This document shows positions 52,179 through 64,000 of a DNA stretch of 64,000 nt, one piece after another. Source of the DNA: Octopus sinensis (Eukaryota); NCBI RefSeq assembly GCF_006345805.1, contig NC_043002.1:119164001-119228000 (forward strand), given 5' to 3'. Both the position numbers and the translations under genes were made by a program. Within the stretch, counting starts at the first letter, position 1, and each line of letters opens with the position of its first letter. The notes under the pieces were generated by a model, which saw only the letters and a program-made list of their open reading frames with translations, made no database searches and was not told the DNA's origin.

Positions 52179-52506
52179 TGTTATATTTCGGAATGGTCAT
52201 ATTGCCAGTTTAGCCAATAAAAACACACGCACTATATATTTGGTGTTATTTTGCTTTAGTGTTATTTATTTTTTAATTAATCTTAATCTTATTTCGGCCA
52301 GAGTTCTTTCGTCACACTCCTGTGACCACATCAGTGGTCCTTTGTTTTCTTTCTTCTTTCTTATTGTGTCTCTCCTTACTAACCGTCAGCCGAAAAAGAT
52401 TAAGATTAATGTAAAAATAAATAACACTGAAGAAAAATAACACCAAATATATAGTGCGTGTGTTTTTATTGGCTAAACTGGCAAAATGACCATTCGAAAT
52501 ATAACA
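52179..52506. mobile_element. Fold-back element with ~120-bp inverted arms and a hammerhead-like core
   Basis: Arms at 52179-52298 and 52389-52506. The minus-strand motif GGACCA-CTGATGT-G-GTCAC/GTGAC-GAAA-GAAC-TC-TGGCC lies at 52296-52340. Confidence 0.7.
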
Positions 52507-52639
52507 ATATATGTCTATATATACATATATATGTATATACATATGTGTATATATATATATATATATATAATATATATATATATCTATATATATATATATA
52601 TATATATATAGATATATATATATATGTTATGTATGTATG

Positions 52640-52695
<56 letters not shown>

Positions 52696-52696
52696 C

Positions 52697-52742
<46 letters not shown>

Positions 52743-53162
52743 AAATAAGCAACACGGATATCGAAGGTAGAGTAGTACAATTGTTTCATGCTACTTCATT
52801 TTATTAAGCACTAAAATCTACAGACTGAGAATGAACATACTACTATAATGTTCTTAAGAATGAAATTAACCTCTCTGTCCATATATCTACCCGCTTTGTA
52901 ATGTTGGCAAATGAAATAGGGATAAGAATGTGCATTGTCCGTTTGATTGAAAAATTCTATATGTAGCTGAAGATTGCTCGACATTTTAAAACTGATGTAA
53001 TACAGCATTTAATAAAATGAAGTAGCATGAAACAATTGTACTACTCTACCTTGGATATCCTTGTTGCTTATTTTGATTATAATCACCCCATTTGATTTAT
53101 ATGGATAATACCATACAAAATTCTAGTACCATATTCATCTAAATCTAAATTTTGCTGAACAG
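52743..53162. mobile_element. PLE terminal-repeat fragment with an inverted ~65-bp end duplication; further copy at about 54070-54300
   Basis: AAATAAGCAAC...TTCATTTTATTAA at 52743-52807 is inverted at about 53010-53075, and is homologous to 30980-31200. Confidence 0.7.
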
Positions 53163-53904
53163 ATATATATATATATATGTTTGTCTGTCTCTGTCTGTAT
53201 CTATGTATGCATATCTGAACTGTCACTACATATTACTTCACTAGACGTATTGAGTGCTTTTTTCTTTCCATTGTACACATATCCCTATGTATTTATTAGA
53301 TTGTATGTATTCGTTTGTGTGTGCATGCATGTGTATATACGCGTACACATATTCATTTCCTTACATTCTTTTTCATAATCCATTATTTGGTTTTGCTTTG
53401 ATTTACACCGAATTTATGAAAATCCAATTGTTTCATACGTTTCGTAAATTTACATCGTTGTAGTCTATCCTAAGTATACAGAAGTATTACGTTTCAGCGA
53501 AAAGAAAATTTTTATCGATTCAGCAATAATGCAGTATAATGTTTATATATCTTTAATTATTTGTTCCAAGGTCTATCAGTACTGTTAATGGAAATAACAA
53601 TGGCAACTGGAATTCGCAATTATTTTCAAATTCCTGATTGACGAATAAATTACGGAAAACGTTTTTTTTGTTCGAAAACGCCATGTCTTGGTTCGTTTAC
53701 TTATCTTTTATATATTCAAATAATTTGATACAAACTGATTACACCTATTGTTGGTGATATAATCTTACAAAATGTATTTTATATAGATTTTATCTAAAAT
53801 ATTCAACTATATAAGGGTTATACATGTAACGCTCAAAACTGTTGAACGAAATGAAAGATATAATCTGTCATAACACACAATTTGTGTTATTTAAGCTTTC
53901 GTAA

Positions 53905-53961
<57 letters not shown>

Positions 53962-53965
53962 TTCA

Positions 53966-54054
<89 letters not shown>

Positions 54055-54559
54055 TATATATATTATATAATCAAATAAACAATAAGGATATCCAAGGTAG
54101 TGTAGTACAATCGTTTCATGCTACTTCATTTTATGAAACACTGTAAGTATTACATCAGTTTTAAAATGTCGAGCAATAGAATTTTTTTATTAAATGGACA
54201 ATGTACATTTTTATACTTATTTCATTTGCCAACATTACAAAGAGGGTAGATATATAGACAGAGAGGTTAATATCATCTGTAGATTTTTTATCACTGAGTT
54301 CACTTTGTTATTTAGATCTATCATTGGGGAGGATTTTTTTTGCCAAAACTGGCAAGATTGGATGAAGCCACACTAAACTTCTGCCTATAGGGAGGAGAAT
54401 GAATGTTGGAGCTGACACTTGCTCTTGGTGTTCAGCGTAATCTTGGATTGGTGGGGCACCCGAATTGGCCTTATTTACAGATCCTTGTCTGTCAGAAGGA
54501 CTGCGTTATCATCATCATGTCTAAGTGTATTTCATTTTTCTTTTGTCTCATTCACATCC

Positions 54560-55015
54560 TCGGATCACTGGATGACGAAAAGTGTGGAGTGGAGTGAAAG
54601 CTTTTGAGGAGGCCAGAATGACACATGCAAGACTGAAAAGGGATTCAGAGAAGAATGTTGCGATCGAGAAGGTGAATCTCAGCGACCTTTTTGCGTGCAC
54701 AGTTTGTGACAGACCATGCCTTTCTTTTGTTGGGTTCAAATCTCATTTGCGGATCCATGAAAAACGAACCTCCACCAACTACTCTGCCTATATATCTGTG
54801 CACACTTTTCAATGTCGTGTATGCTAGAAGGTTAGCAAATCTAACGGAGGCCTCAAAAGACATTTTAAGATTCACAAAGATCAGAACTTAACTGCCGCTC
54901 TTGGTGGTCCAAATCGGATATGTAATCTATGTGGGTGTCTTTTCAATACATTGTCTGGTTGGATCTAAGGTGTAGGTAAAAGAGGTGGTCTGCACGAGGA
55001 GTATACAACCACCAT
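54560..55015 (+). mobile_element. Second copy of the triple-C2H2 RTE 3' end
   Basis: WSGVKAFEEAR...CTVCDRPCLSFVGFKSHLRIH...CRVC*KVSKSNGGLKRHFKIH...CNLCGCLF. The end of finger 3 is deleted. Confidence 0.85.
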
Positions 55016-55020
55016 ACATA

Positions 55021-55146
<126 letters not shown>

Positions 55147-55289
55147 GAATTATAACCGCAAACGTGGGTGTGTGGTAAGAAGTTTGCTTCCAGTAGCATG
55201 TTTCTTGGTTCAGTTCCACTGCCTGGCATCTTTTACCACACCAACTTATGAGTGGGTGTGGTAGTCAGATTTTGAAGAAGTTCGTCGCG

Positions 55290-56930
55290 TTTCACTTCGC
55301 AAAGCTAAGTTTGACATTTTATCGCTTCTCTATTTCGTTGTTTTTGAAATATTATTATTATTCTTGTTATTATTATTCTTGTTGTAAAATTATTATTTAT
55401 TTATAGTTTCTTGATAGTATTTTTTACGTTCGATTTTGGATATGTTATCCTTTAATTATTATAAAGGATTTTAACGTTTTACAAATTATTTAATTTGAGA
55501 ATTAATATTGTTAGACTAAATTTCTTTTAATAATTAGATAATTTTTTCATTATATAGTATTATTTAAAAATAAACTAGTTTTTATTTTAATATAAAGTTT
55601 ATGTTTAACCTTTTTATCGTGTGATATATTTAATCTATAGATATTATACATGGATATTAATATAACTAGTTTATATAATGGATTTTAGTATATTTGTACT
55701 ATTTCAAATTTTTGATTGTATTAGTCATGAAGAGGAATTGTATTGAGTATATTAATTAGACGCTAAAACATATTAATAAATTTAAAATCCAGATAGATTA
55801 AATTAATCGTTGAACTTAGTAATTTAGTTTGTTTATCAATATTGGTTAAATCTTGTTATTATTTTGAGTTTGATCGTTGTTATTATTGTTATTGTTATTG
55901 ACTGGCTTTGTATAAGACTGGTGATTGTGATTGTACATCTTCTTTGTGTATTGTTCTTTGGTTCTAATATTTTTGCACCTTTCTTTAATTTTGGGCTTGA
56001 TAGGTTTCTTACTTTCCATTAACATATTATTCTCACTATTATATCTTTTTATATATATTGATAGATATAAGTTACGATAGATATTAATTCCTATATTTTT
56101 AAAATTTTAAATAAAAAATATATATATATATTTATATATAAAGGGGTCTAACGAATTACATTTAATTTAATTTAAGAATTAATTTCGTCAGACAATATAT
56201 TATTTAACTATTAGGTGCTTTATTTATTTGTAATATTAAATTTTAAGTTAATTAGGTATTATATTATTTGATATTTAGTCAACTTTGGTATAGATTCTTA
56301 TATTAAATCTATAGATACTACACATATATATTTATTATATGGTTAGCTTATTTAAGGAGTTTGTCTATATTTGAACCATTTCTTATTTTGATTACAATTT
56401 AATGACTTGTAATAGCTTTGTGTATTTTGCTTAATTTTAAAGTATTTAATAATTTAAGTATAGTTTTAGTTTTCACTTATGTATATTTAGTATTTTCATA
56501 TATATATATATATATATATATATTAAAGTATATTAATTAATTAATTATTTTATTGTTCTAGTTTATTTTTTAACCTGATGAGTGACTATATTTATATCGA
56601 AATGATTTCTCTACTACTATAATCATTTCTTAAATAGCCACGAAACACGTTCGTTATTCTACAACATTATATACGTTATTATTATTATTTTTTTGCAATT
56701 TACTTAATCATTGACATTTTATTGTTATTTTACTTTTAATATTTCTATTATATGTAATTTTCTAGATGGTGTAATTTAATTGTTCATTTTGAATTGATAA
56801 AAGGTAGTTTTTTTCTAATTTATATATATATATTATATTGTGTGAAATTTGATTTGGTATTTCTAAATTGAATTTTTTCCTTGTAAACTTTGGATTTTAT
56901 TCCCTGAAATAATAATAATTATATATATAT
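55290..56930. mobile_element. Highly AT-rich decayed PLE-like region
   Basis: Faint minus-strand GIY-YIG-like remnants (VLYKA; NEK..I...N.NS) and a plus-strand hammerhead motif. Confidence 0.5.
56571..56656 (+). ncRNA. Hammerhead-like motif with branched stem II; duplicate at 58485-58572
   Basis: TAAC-CTGATGA-GTGACTAT[GAAATGATT/AATCATTTC]ATAGCCAC-GAAA-CACGT-TC-GTTA. The canonical core is intact. Confidence 0.65.
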
Positions 56931-57967
56931 AGTATATAATATATATGTTTGTGTGTGTTTGCGTGTGGTGTGTTTATATTATTTAACAGTATGATTCGGC
57001 CTCACTAAACTAACCGAGCCCGTCAGACTTAGGTAACCGAATGGAACAAGTAAAAGATGGCAACTGCAATGGGGCCGCTATTACTGATGGCAGCCCATAT
57101 GGTGTTATTGATAGAGATTGATATACTAGACATATCTGTATCTAAGACGACGTACTTGGACAGGATGTTGACGCCTCACTGTCTTGGAGATGGAGAGAGA
57201 ATTGTATCTGATGCCTACGTAGTTATTCTGCTGTGTGCATGCGTGTGTGTAAAATGAAAAGATGGGATGTCACTTAGTCTTTCATTTCCCATCGGCTTAA
57301 AAAGAAGTAAAGTTATTTTGTATTATAATTCATATATTGGTGTTTTTTTGACCTTAAAACGTTTTATTACATATTTTTTATCTGAAAACTATCGATGTAC
57401 TCTGGATAGTACGGGAGAAAACTATATTTCATCGATGATAATGAAGAAGCTAAAGAATACAAACATATAATACATCACACATACACACGCAACGCACGCC
57501 ATGCATACAAGCATACATGCACACGCATACATACATACATGCATACATACTATATGCATGCATAAATGCATACAAACATACATAATATAGACATATGCAC
57601 ATACTCACACACATTTCACTGGTGGACACATGTACGTACATATATGCACACTTTTTAATTATATCTTTTAAGATATTTCTCATAAACCTTTAAAATTATT
57701 AATCACGACCTTATCTATAAAATGCGAACTGAACAAACCGCATCTCTCTCTCTCTCTCTCCCACACACACACACGCTCACATACGTACGTATATACGTAA
57801 ATGTGTATATTATATATATATATATGCATATAATATATGTGTGTGCTTCTAGGTACATATATATGTGTATATATATAAATGAGTATACATATATATATGT
57901 GTGTGTTCATATATAGATGTACATATATATATATGTGCACATATAAATATATATATAATATATATAT

Positions 57968-58013
<46 letters not shown>

Positions 58014-58026
58014 ATATATATGTATG

Positions 58027-58071
<45 letters not shown>

Positions 58072-58850
58072 GCCTGTACATTGATGCATATATCACTTTC
58101 CTCGTTAACATCGATCATCTTTCGAACACCACATACTCACACACACGCATACATACACCACATACTCACACAGAAACACGCATATTTACCACCCACCCCT
58201 CACACATAAGCAAAGATCATTGAGCATTATTGTGCAGGAAGTAATTTGCAGGAATTTTATGAAGACATTTANNNNNNNNNNNNNNNNNNNNNNNNNNNNN
58301 NNNNNNNNNNNNNNNNNNNNNNNNNNNNNNNNNNNNNNNNNNNNNNNNNNNNNNNNNNNNNNNNNNNNNNNTAGTTTTCACTTATGTATATTTAGTATTT
58401 CATATATATATATATATTATATATATATATATATATATTAAAGTATATTAATTAATTAATTATTTTATTGTTCTAGTTTATTTTTAACCTGATGAGTGAC
58501 TATATTTATATCGAAATGATTTCTCTACTACTATAATCATTTCTTAAATATAGCCACGAAACACGTTCGTTATTCTACAACTTATATACGTTATTATTAT
58601 TATTTTTTTGCAATTTACTTAATCATTGACATTTTATTGTTATTTTACTTTTAATATTTCTATTATATGTAATTTTCTAGATGGTGTAATTTAATTGTTC
58701 ATTTTGAATTGATAAAAGGTAGTTTTTTTCTAATTTTATATAATATATTATATTGTGTGAAATTTGATTTGGTATTTCTAAATTGAATTTTTTTCCTTGT
58801 AACTTTGGATTTTATTCCCTGAAATAATAATAATTATATATCTATATATA

Positions 58851-58920
<70 letters not shown>

Positions 58921-59086
58921 GTTTGTGTGTGTTTGCGTGTGTGTGTTTATATTTTTAACAGTATGATTCGGCTCACTAAACTAACCGAGCCCGTCAGACT
59001 TAGGTAACCGAATGGAACAAGTAAAAGATGGCAACTAGCAATTGGGCCGCTATTACTGATGGCAGGCCATATGGTGTTATTGATAG

Positions 59087-59190
59087 AGATTGATATACTA
59101 GACATATCTGTATCTAAGACGACGTACTTGGACAGGATGTTGACGCCTCACTGTCTTGGAGATGGAGAGAGAATTGTATCTGATGCCTAC
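59087..59190 (+). CDS. Candidate coding exon, first half of a CIDE-N-like motif (duplicate at 57115-57218)
   Basis: AG acceptor and GTAAGT donor. Open frame EIDILDISVSKTTYLDRMLTPHCLGDGERIVSDAY ends in phase 0. The 5' boundary is uncertain. Confidence 0.3.
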
Positions 59191-60258
59191 GTAAGTTATT
59201 CTGCTGTGTGCATGCGTGTGTGTAGAAATGAAAAGATGGGATGTCACTTAGTCTTTCATTTCCCATCGGCTTAAAAAGAAGTAAAGTTATTTGTATTATA
59301 ATTCATATTATTGGTGTTTTTGACCTTTTTAAACGTTTTATTATATATTTTTTATCTGAAAACTATCGATGTACTCTGGATAGTACGGGAGAAAACTATA
59401 ATTTCATCGATGATAATGAAGAAGCTAAAGAATACAAACATATATACATACACACATACACACGCACGCACGCACATGCATACAAGCATACATGCACACG
59501 CATACAAACATACATGCATACATACATATATGCATGCATAAATGCATACAAACATACATATATAGAGACATATGCACATACTCACACACATTTCACTGGT
59601 TGACACATGTACGTACATATATGCACACTTTTTAATTATATCTTTTTAAAGATATTTCTCATAAACCTTTAAAATTATTAATCACGACCTTATCTATAAA
59701 ATGCGAACTGGAACACCTACGCTCTCTCTCTCTCCCACACACACACACGCTCACATACGTACGTATATACGTAAATGTGTATATTATATATATATATATG
59801 CATATATTTATATGTGTGCTTCTGTAGGTACATATATATGTGTATATATATAAATGAGTATACATATATATATATGTTGTGTTCATATATAGATGTGCAT
59901 ATATATATATGTGCACACACACATATATATAATATATATATATATATCTATATATATATATATACATACATACATATAAATATATATATATAATATATAT
60001 ATATATATAATATATATACACGCCTGTACATTGATGCATATATCACTTTCTCGTTACAATCGATCATCTATTCGAACACACAAAACTCACACACACGCAT
60101 ACATACACACATACTCACACACACGCATACATACACACACATACTCACACAGAAACACGCATATTTACCACCCCACCCTCACACATAAGCAGAAGATCAT
60201 TGAGCATTATTGTACAGGAAGTAATTTGCAGGAATTTTATGAAGACATTTATTTACAG

Positions 60259-60315
60259 GTCAATACTATTCCTGACAATGCAGTTTTTTTTTCCAATTTC
60301 TTTTCTTTGGAAACG
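60259..60315 (+). CDS. Candidate 57-nt coding exon, second half of a CIDE-N-like motif
   Basis: TTTATTTACAG acceptor and ACG|GTAAGT donor. Phase 0 reading gives VNTIPDNAVFFSNFFSLET. Confidence 0.35.
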
Positions 60316-60726
60316 GTAAGTAGGTGAAATGTTGGGTGGAAAGTGAAGAAATTAGGAAGAGAAAAGAAAATAGCCTAGAGAAGCCAAATATAAAATCTAG
60401 TAATGAATTTCTAAAGAAGAGAGGAGTCAACGAAGCAGGATCTGCGTAGCATTATCAGTAGCTTTAGATGTCCGAGAGCTCATGATTTGTGTTTCGAGTC
60501 CTCTATTTTTTATTCCCGCTTTCTGGAAAAATAATCTTTTCCAATTTTTTTTTCTTACTGGTCATGTGGCTAAGTAGTTTGCTTCGTAATCCCGTAGTTT
60601 CAAATTCGCTCCTGCTGCACGATATTCTGGGCTTCTACCTTCTATCATATCTTCAGTTACACCCATACCCTGTGAATTAAATTGCTAACGCGGAAACTGT
60701 GTGAAAAGCCTGTCGTGTATATATAT

Positions 60727-60796
<70 letters not shown>

Positions 60797-60828
60797 CAAT
60801 ATATTATATATATATATATATATATATA

Positions 60829-61558
60829 ACGGGAAGCTTTATGAAAATAGACAAAGACGAAGGCAGGTGGAAAACAAACGAACAATTGTATTAGTATGGC
60901 GCTCAGGAAATATAAATAAAACAAGTCTTTAACGTTTCGAGCCTACGCTCTTCAACAGAAAGATACACAGAGAGAAAAAAAACACAGAAAGAAGGAGAGA
61001 AAAAAAATGCGTGCAGTAGCTAACGAATCAACATGGCGATCTGATTTTGGCCAGAGTTCAAGATCAAACATGAGACGCGAGAGCGAAATAAGGGGAGAAT
61101 ATAAGAGAAAATAAAAATACAACAAACGGGACAGTTTATGGCGAACAAGTCAGGTTGAGGTAAGTTCAAGGTGAGAAATGTGTAGACGTCGTGGTATATT
61201 TTTTAAGATTTCAATCAATGCAACGTCACTTTGATCCGCGAAAGAGAGGTGCAGCCAATGGTAAGTATCCAAGAGGTAAAGAAAATCCAAGGTAGAGGTA
61301 AGTTTGATAGTGGTATTGGTAGAATATAGGATGAAAGTGAGACCACGTGAGCGCATAATATATAACGGGAAGCTTTATGAAAATAGACAAAAGACGAAGG
61401 CAGGTGGAAAACAAACGAACAATTGTATTAGTATGGCGCTCAGGAAATATAAATAAAACAAGTCTTTAACGTTTTGAGCCTACGCTCTTCAACAGAAAGA
61501 TACACAGAGAGAAAAAAACACAGAAAGAAGGAGAGAAAAAAAATGCGTGCAGTAGCTA
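60829..61558 (-). mobile_element. Deleted Penelope-like element with ~195-bp direct pseudo-LTRs
   Basis: Direct repeats at about 60829-61022 and 61363-61558 flank a ~340-bp insert reading SRGLTFI, like the PLE N-terminal 'LS.GL.F.P' motif. Each repeat carries a hammerhead-like motif. Confidence 0.75.
60926..60963 (-). ncRNA. Minimal hammerhead-like motif (A6U variant); second copy at 61463-61500 has GAAA changed to AAAA
   Basis: TCTTT-CTGTTGA-A-GAGC(GTAG)GCTC-GAAA-CG-TT-AAAGA. Confidence 0.5.
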
Positions 61559-62129
61559 TCAAATATATGTATATATATATCATATATATATCAAATATAT
61601 GTATATATATATCATATATATCATATATATGTATATATGTATATGTATATATTATATATATATACATATATGTGATATACACACATATGCATATATATCT
61701 ACATTCTTCATGTTTTACTTGTTTCAGTCATTTAATTGCGGCCATGCTGGAGCACCGCCTTTAGTCGAGCAAATTGACCACAGGACTTATTATTTGTAGC
61801 CTAGTACATATTGTTACAATCATGCCATTTTCACCATTGTTCCTTAGACTTTCTTTACCTGCCTACAGAATTCAGTAACTTTCTCGGGATTTCAGAAATA
61901 CCTCTTTATTATCTGCACGGAAATTGATTGTTCTCATTCCTTTGTCATCTGAATTTAGGTCATCAGCTTTAATGATAATTTCTTGTGTATATATTTTTCA
62001 TACAGAGCCATCCTAGGGAATTTCATTCAAGCCACGGTGCTAAGTTGCCTATTCTGTATATTTAAATTTCACTAAAAATTTATATTTATTCTCAAACATT
62101 TTGAGGTTTGGTAAATATTCTTTTTTCTT

Positions 62130-62340
62130 CGAGGCACAAGGCCCGAAATTTTTTATGGGGAGTTGGGGCAGTCGATTAGATCGACCTCAGTACGCAAGTG
62201 GTACTTAATTTATCGAGCCCGAAAGGATGAAAGGCAAAGTCGACCTCGCCGAAATTTGAACACAGAGCATAAAGACAGACGAAATACGGCTAAGCATGTC
62301 GCCCGGCGTGCTAACGTTTCTGCCAGCTCACCGTCTTTGC
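62130..62340 (-). mobile_element. SINE family B variant
   Basis: GAAAGGCAAAGTCGACCTC...GCCAGCTCACCG. Confidence 0.8.
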
Positions 62341-62676
62341 GATTTGGTAAATATTAGTAACTGAAGAGATCTAATAAGAACAAAACATTCCAGGAATTAC
62401 TGATCACTACAAAAGATCAGACTTACTCTCCACTGCATGCCTCAAAATTTAAAATTTACTTGGATTTCAGAGTTAGCCTCTCTCAGTAAGATTTAATTAC
62501 TAAAGCTAATTATTTTTCTTCCCCTTACCTGTGTAATATTAATGTATTTTCACTCAAAAGGCTTGACAACACTTGCTCTAGTTGACGCGCAGTGGAACTG
62601 AACTCTAAACCACATAACTGTTAGGTGAACTCCTTTATCACAAAGGCATATCTGCGCCTATAAAGGTATTATCTGT

Positions 62677-62716
<40 letters not shown>

Positions 62717-62734
62717 GTATGTATGTATATATGT

Positions 62735-63179
62735 GTATATGTATTCTTTTACTTGTTTCAGTCATTTTGACTGCGGCCATGCTGGAGCACCGCCTTTAAC
62801 TCGACCCCTGGGACTTATTCTTTGTAAGCCCAGTACTTATTCTATCGGTGTCTTTTGCCGAACCGCTAAGTGAGAGGGACATAAACATACCAGCATCGGT
62901 TGTCAAGCAATGCTAGGGGGACAAACACAGACACACAAACAAACACACACACACACCACCCACACCCCCACCACACACACAAACACATATATATATATAT
63001 AAATATATATATATACGACTGGCTTGTTTCAGTTTCCATCTACCAAATCCACTTACAAGGTTTTTGTCGGTCCGAGGCTATAGTAGAAGACACTTGCCCA
63101 AGGTGCCACGCAGTGGGACTGAACCCGGAACCATGTGGTGGGTAAACAAGCTACTTATCACACAGCCACTCCTGCGCCT
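62735..63179 (-). mobile_element. SINE family A, full length
   Basis: CTTTTACTTGTTTCAGTC...CAGCCACTCCTGCGCCT. Confidence 0.9.
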
Positions 63180-63224
63180 GATATATATTATATATATATG
63201 TATATATGAATATATATATGTATA

Positions 63225-63276
<52 letters not shown>

Positions 63277-63702
63277 TAATATATATATATATCTATATAT
63301 ATATATATATATATATAACATATATACATACATATATATATATATATATAATATATATATGGTATTTTCTTCAATCGTGAGACCACTCCTACTTTCGTCT
63401 CTTCCGAGATGTATTCTTTTGACGTCAGCCTGCAGATACATGCTCACTATAGTATTTCTTTAGTATTTCTTAAGATAAATTTCTTTCAATATCATATTAG
63501 ACCAGCAGACAGCTGCAATTGCAGAAACATTTGATGCACTAAGTATTAAGTTGATTGCCCCTCTTTCCTTCTGTGTATTTATACGACTCATCTGGAATGA
63601 TTCCTTCTGGACACTGCCATTTCTTTGATCTTTATTGTGTTACTTTGAAATACATCTAACTATTTATAGCATTTCTTCGTGATTTAAAGATCCTATCGTC
63701 TG

Positions 63703-63706
<4 letters not shown>

Positions 63707-63759
<53 letters not shown>

Positions 63760-63845
63760 TATTATTATTATTATTATTGTTGTTGTTGTTGTTATTATTA
63801 TTATTATTATATATTATTATTATTATTATTGTTGTATTATTATTC
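63707..63845. repeat. (ATT)n/(GTT)n microsatellite
   Basis: Trinucleotide run. Confidence 0.95.
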
Positions 63846-64000
63846 AGTAGTTTTATTTTTTATAGCGTGCTTTCACTTCACTACCGAGCGCAGCTCTGTG
63901 TGGCTTGGGTATGTGCTGTGATTTTGGTGTGATGCTCTGATGGTTATGTATGGAAAGTGTTCTGCGTAGGATGTGTGCAGTGCCTAGTAGTGCAATTTTT

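Larger units (their letters stand above)
56467..60251. other. ~1.8-kb direct duplication (56467-58271 and 58372-60251) around a 100-N scaffold gap (58272-58371); probable assembly artefact
   Basis: Copy 1 ends exactly at the gap and copy 2 starts exactly after it. The differences are mostly small indels. Confidence 0.85.

Noticed and set aside
57055-57125. Antisense peptide IWAAISNSGPIAVAI resembling cathepsin GPISVAI
   Set aside because: It is very short, runs into a SINE tail, has no splice support, and no other protease motif lies nearby.
61868-62070. Coding-looking sequence on both strands (EIIIKADDLNSDDKG; FSNFLGISEIPLYYLHGN)
   Set aside because: Every frame is bounded by stops inside the plausible splice sites, and no convincing family motif is present.

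Overview
AT-rich, microsatellite-laden animal genomic DNA with no intact protein-coding gene, rRNA, true tRNA or CRISPR array. The repeat landscape looks like an octopus/coleoid cephalopod genome (inference). It holds three tRNA-derived SINE families, labelled A, B and C here. It also holds decayed non-LTR fragments (Hero, CRE, RTE, L1/Tx1), Penelope-like elements (PLEs), non-autonomous Helitrons, mariner/Tc1 and hAT remnants, and a 100-N gap flanked by a probable false duplication. Most notable: (1) two adjacent TSD-bounded retroelements encode only a CCHC-knuckle ORF1 ('half-LINEs'). Their 3' tail has a stem-loop with compensatory base swaps, shared with SINE family B and loosely with a Tx1 RT fragment, which suggests a shared trans-mobilisation system. 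(2) About ten hammerhead-ribozyme-like motifs lie in PLE terminal repeats, several with long branched stem II inserts and a recurrent U4C core variant. (3) An RTE family has three C-terminal C2H2 fingers. (4) A candidate spliced exon pair rebuilds a CIDE-N-like motif. All calls were made by eye; boundaries of decayed elements are approximate.
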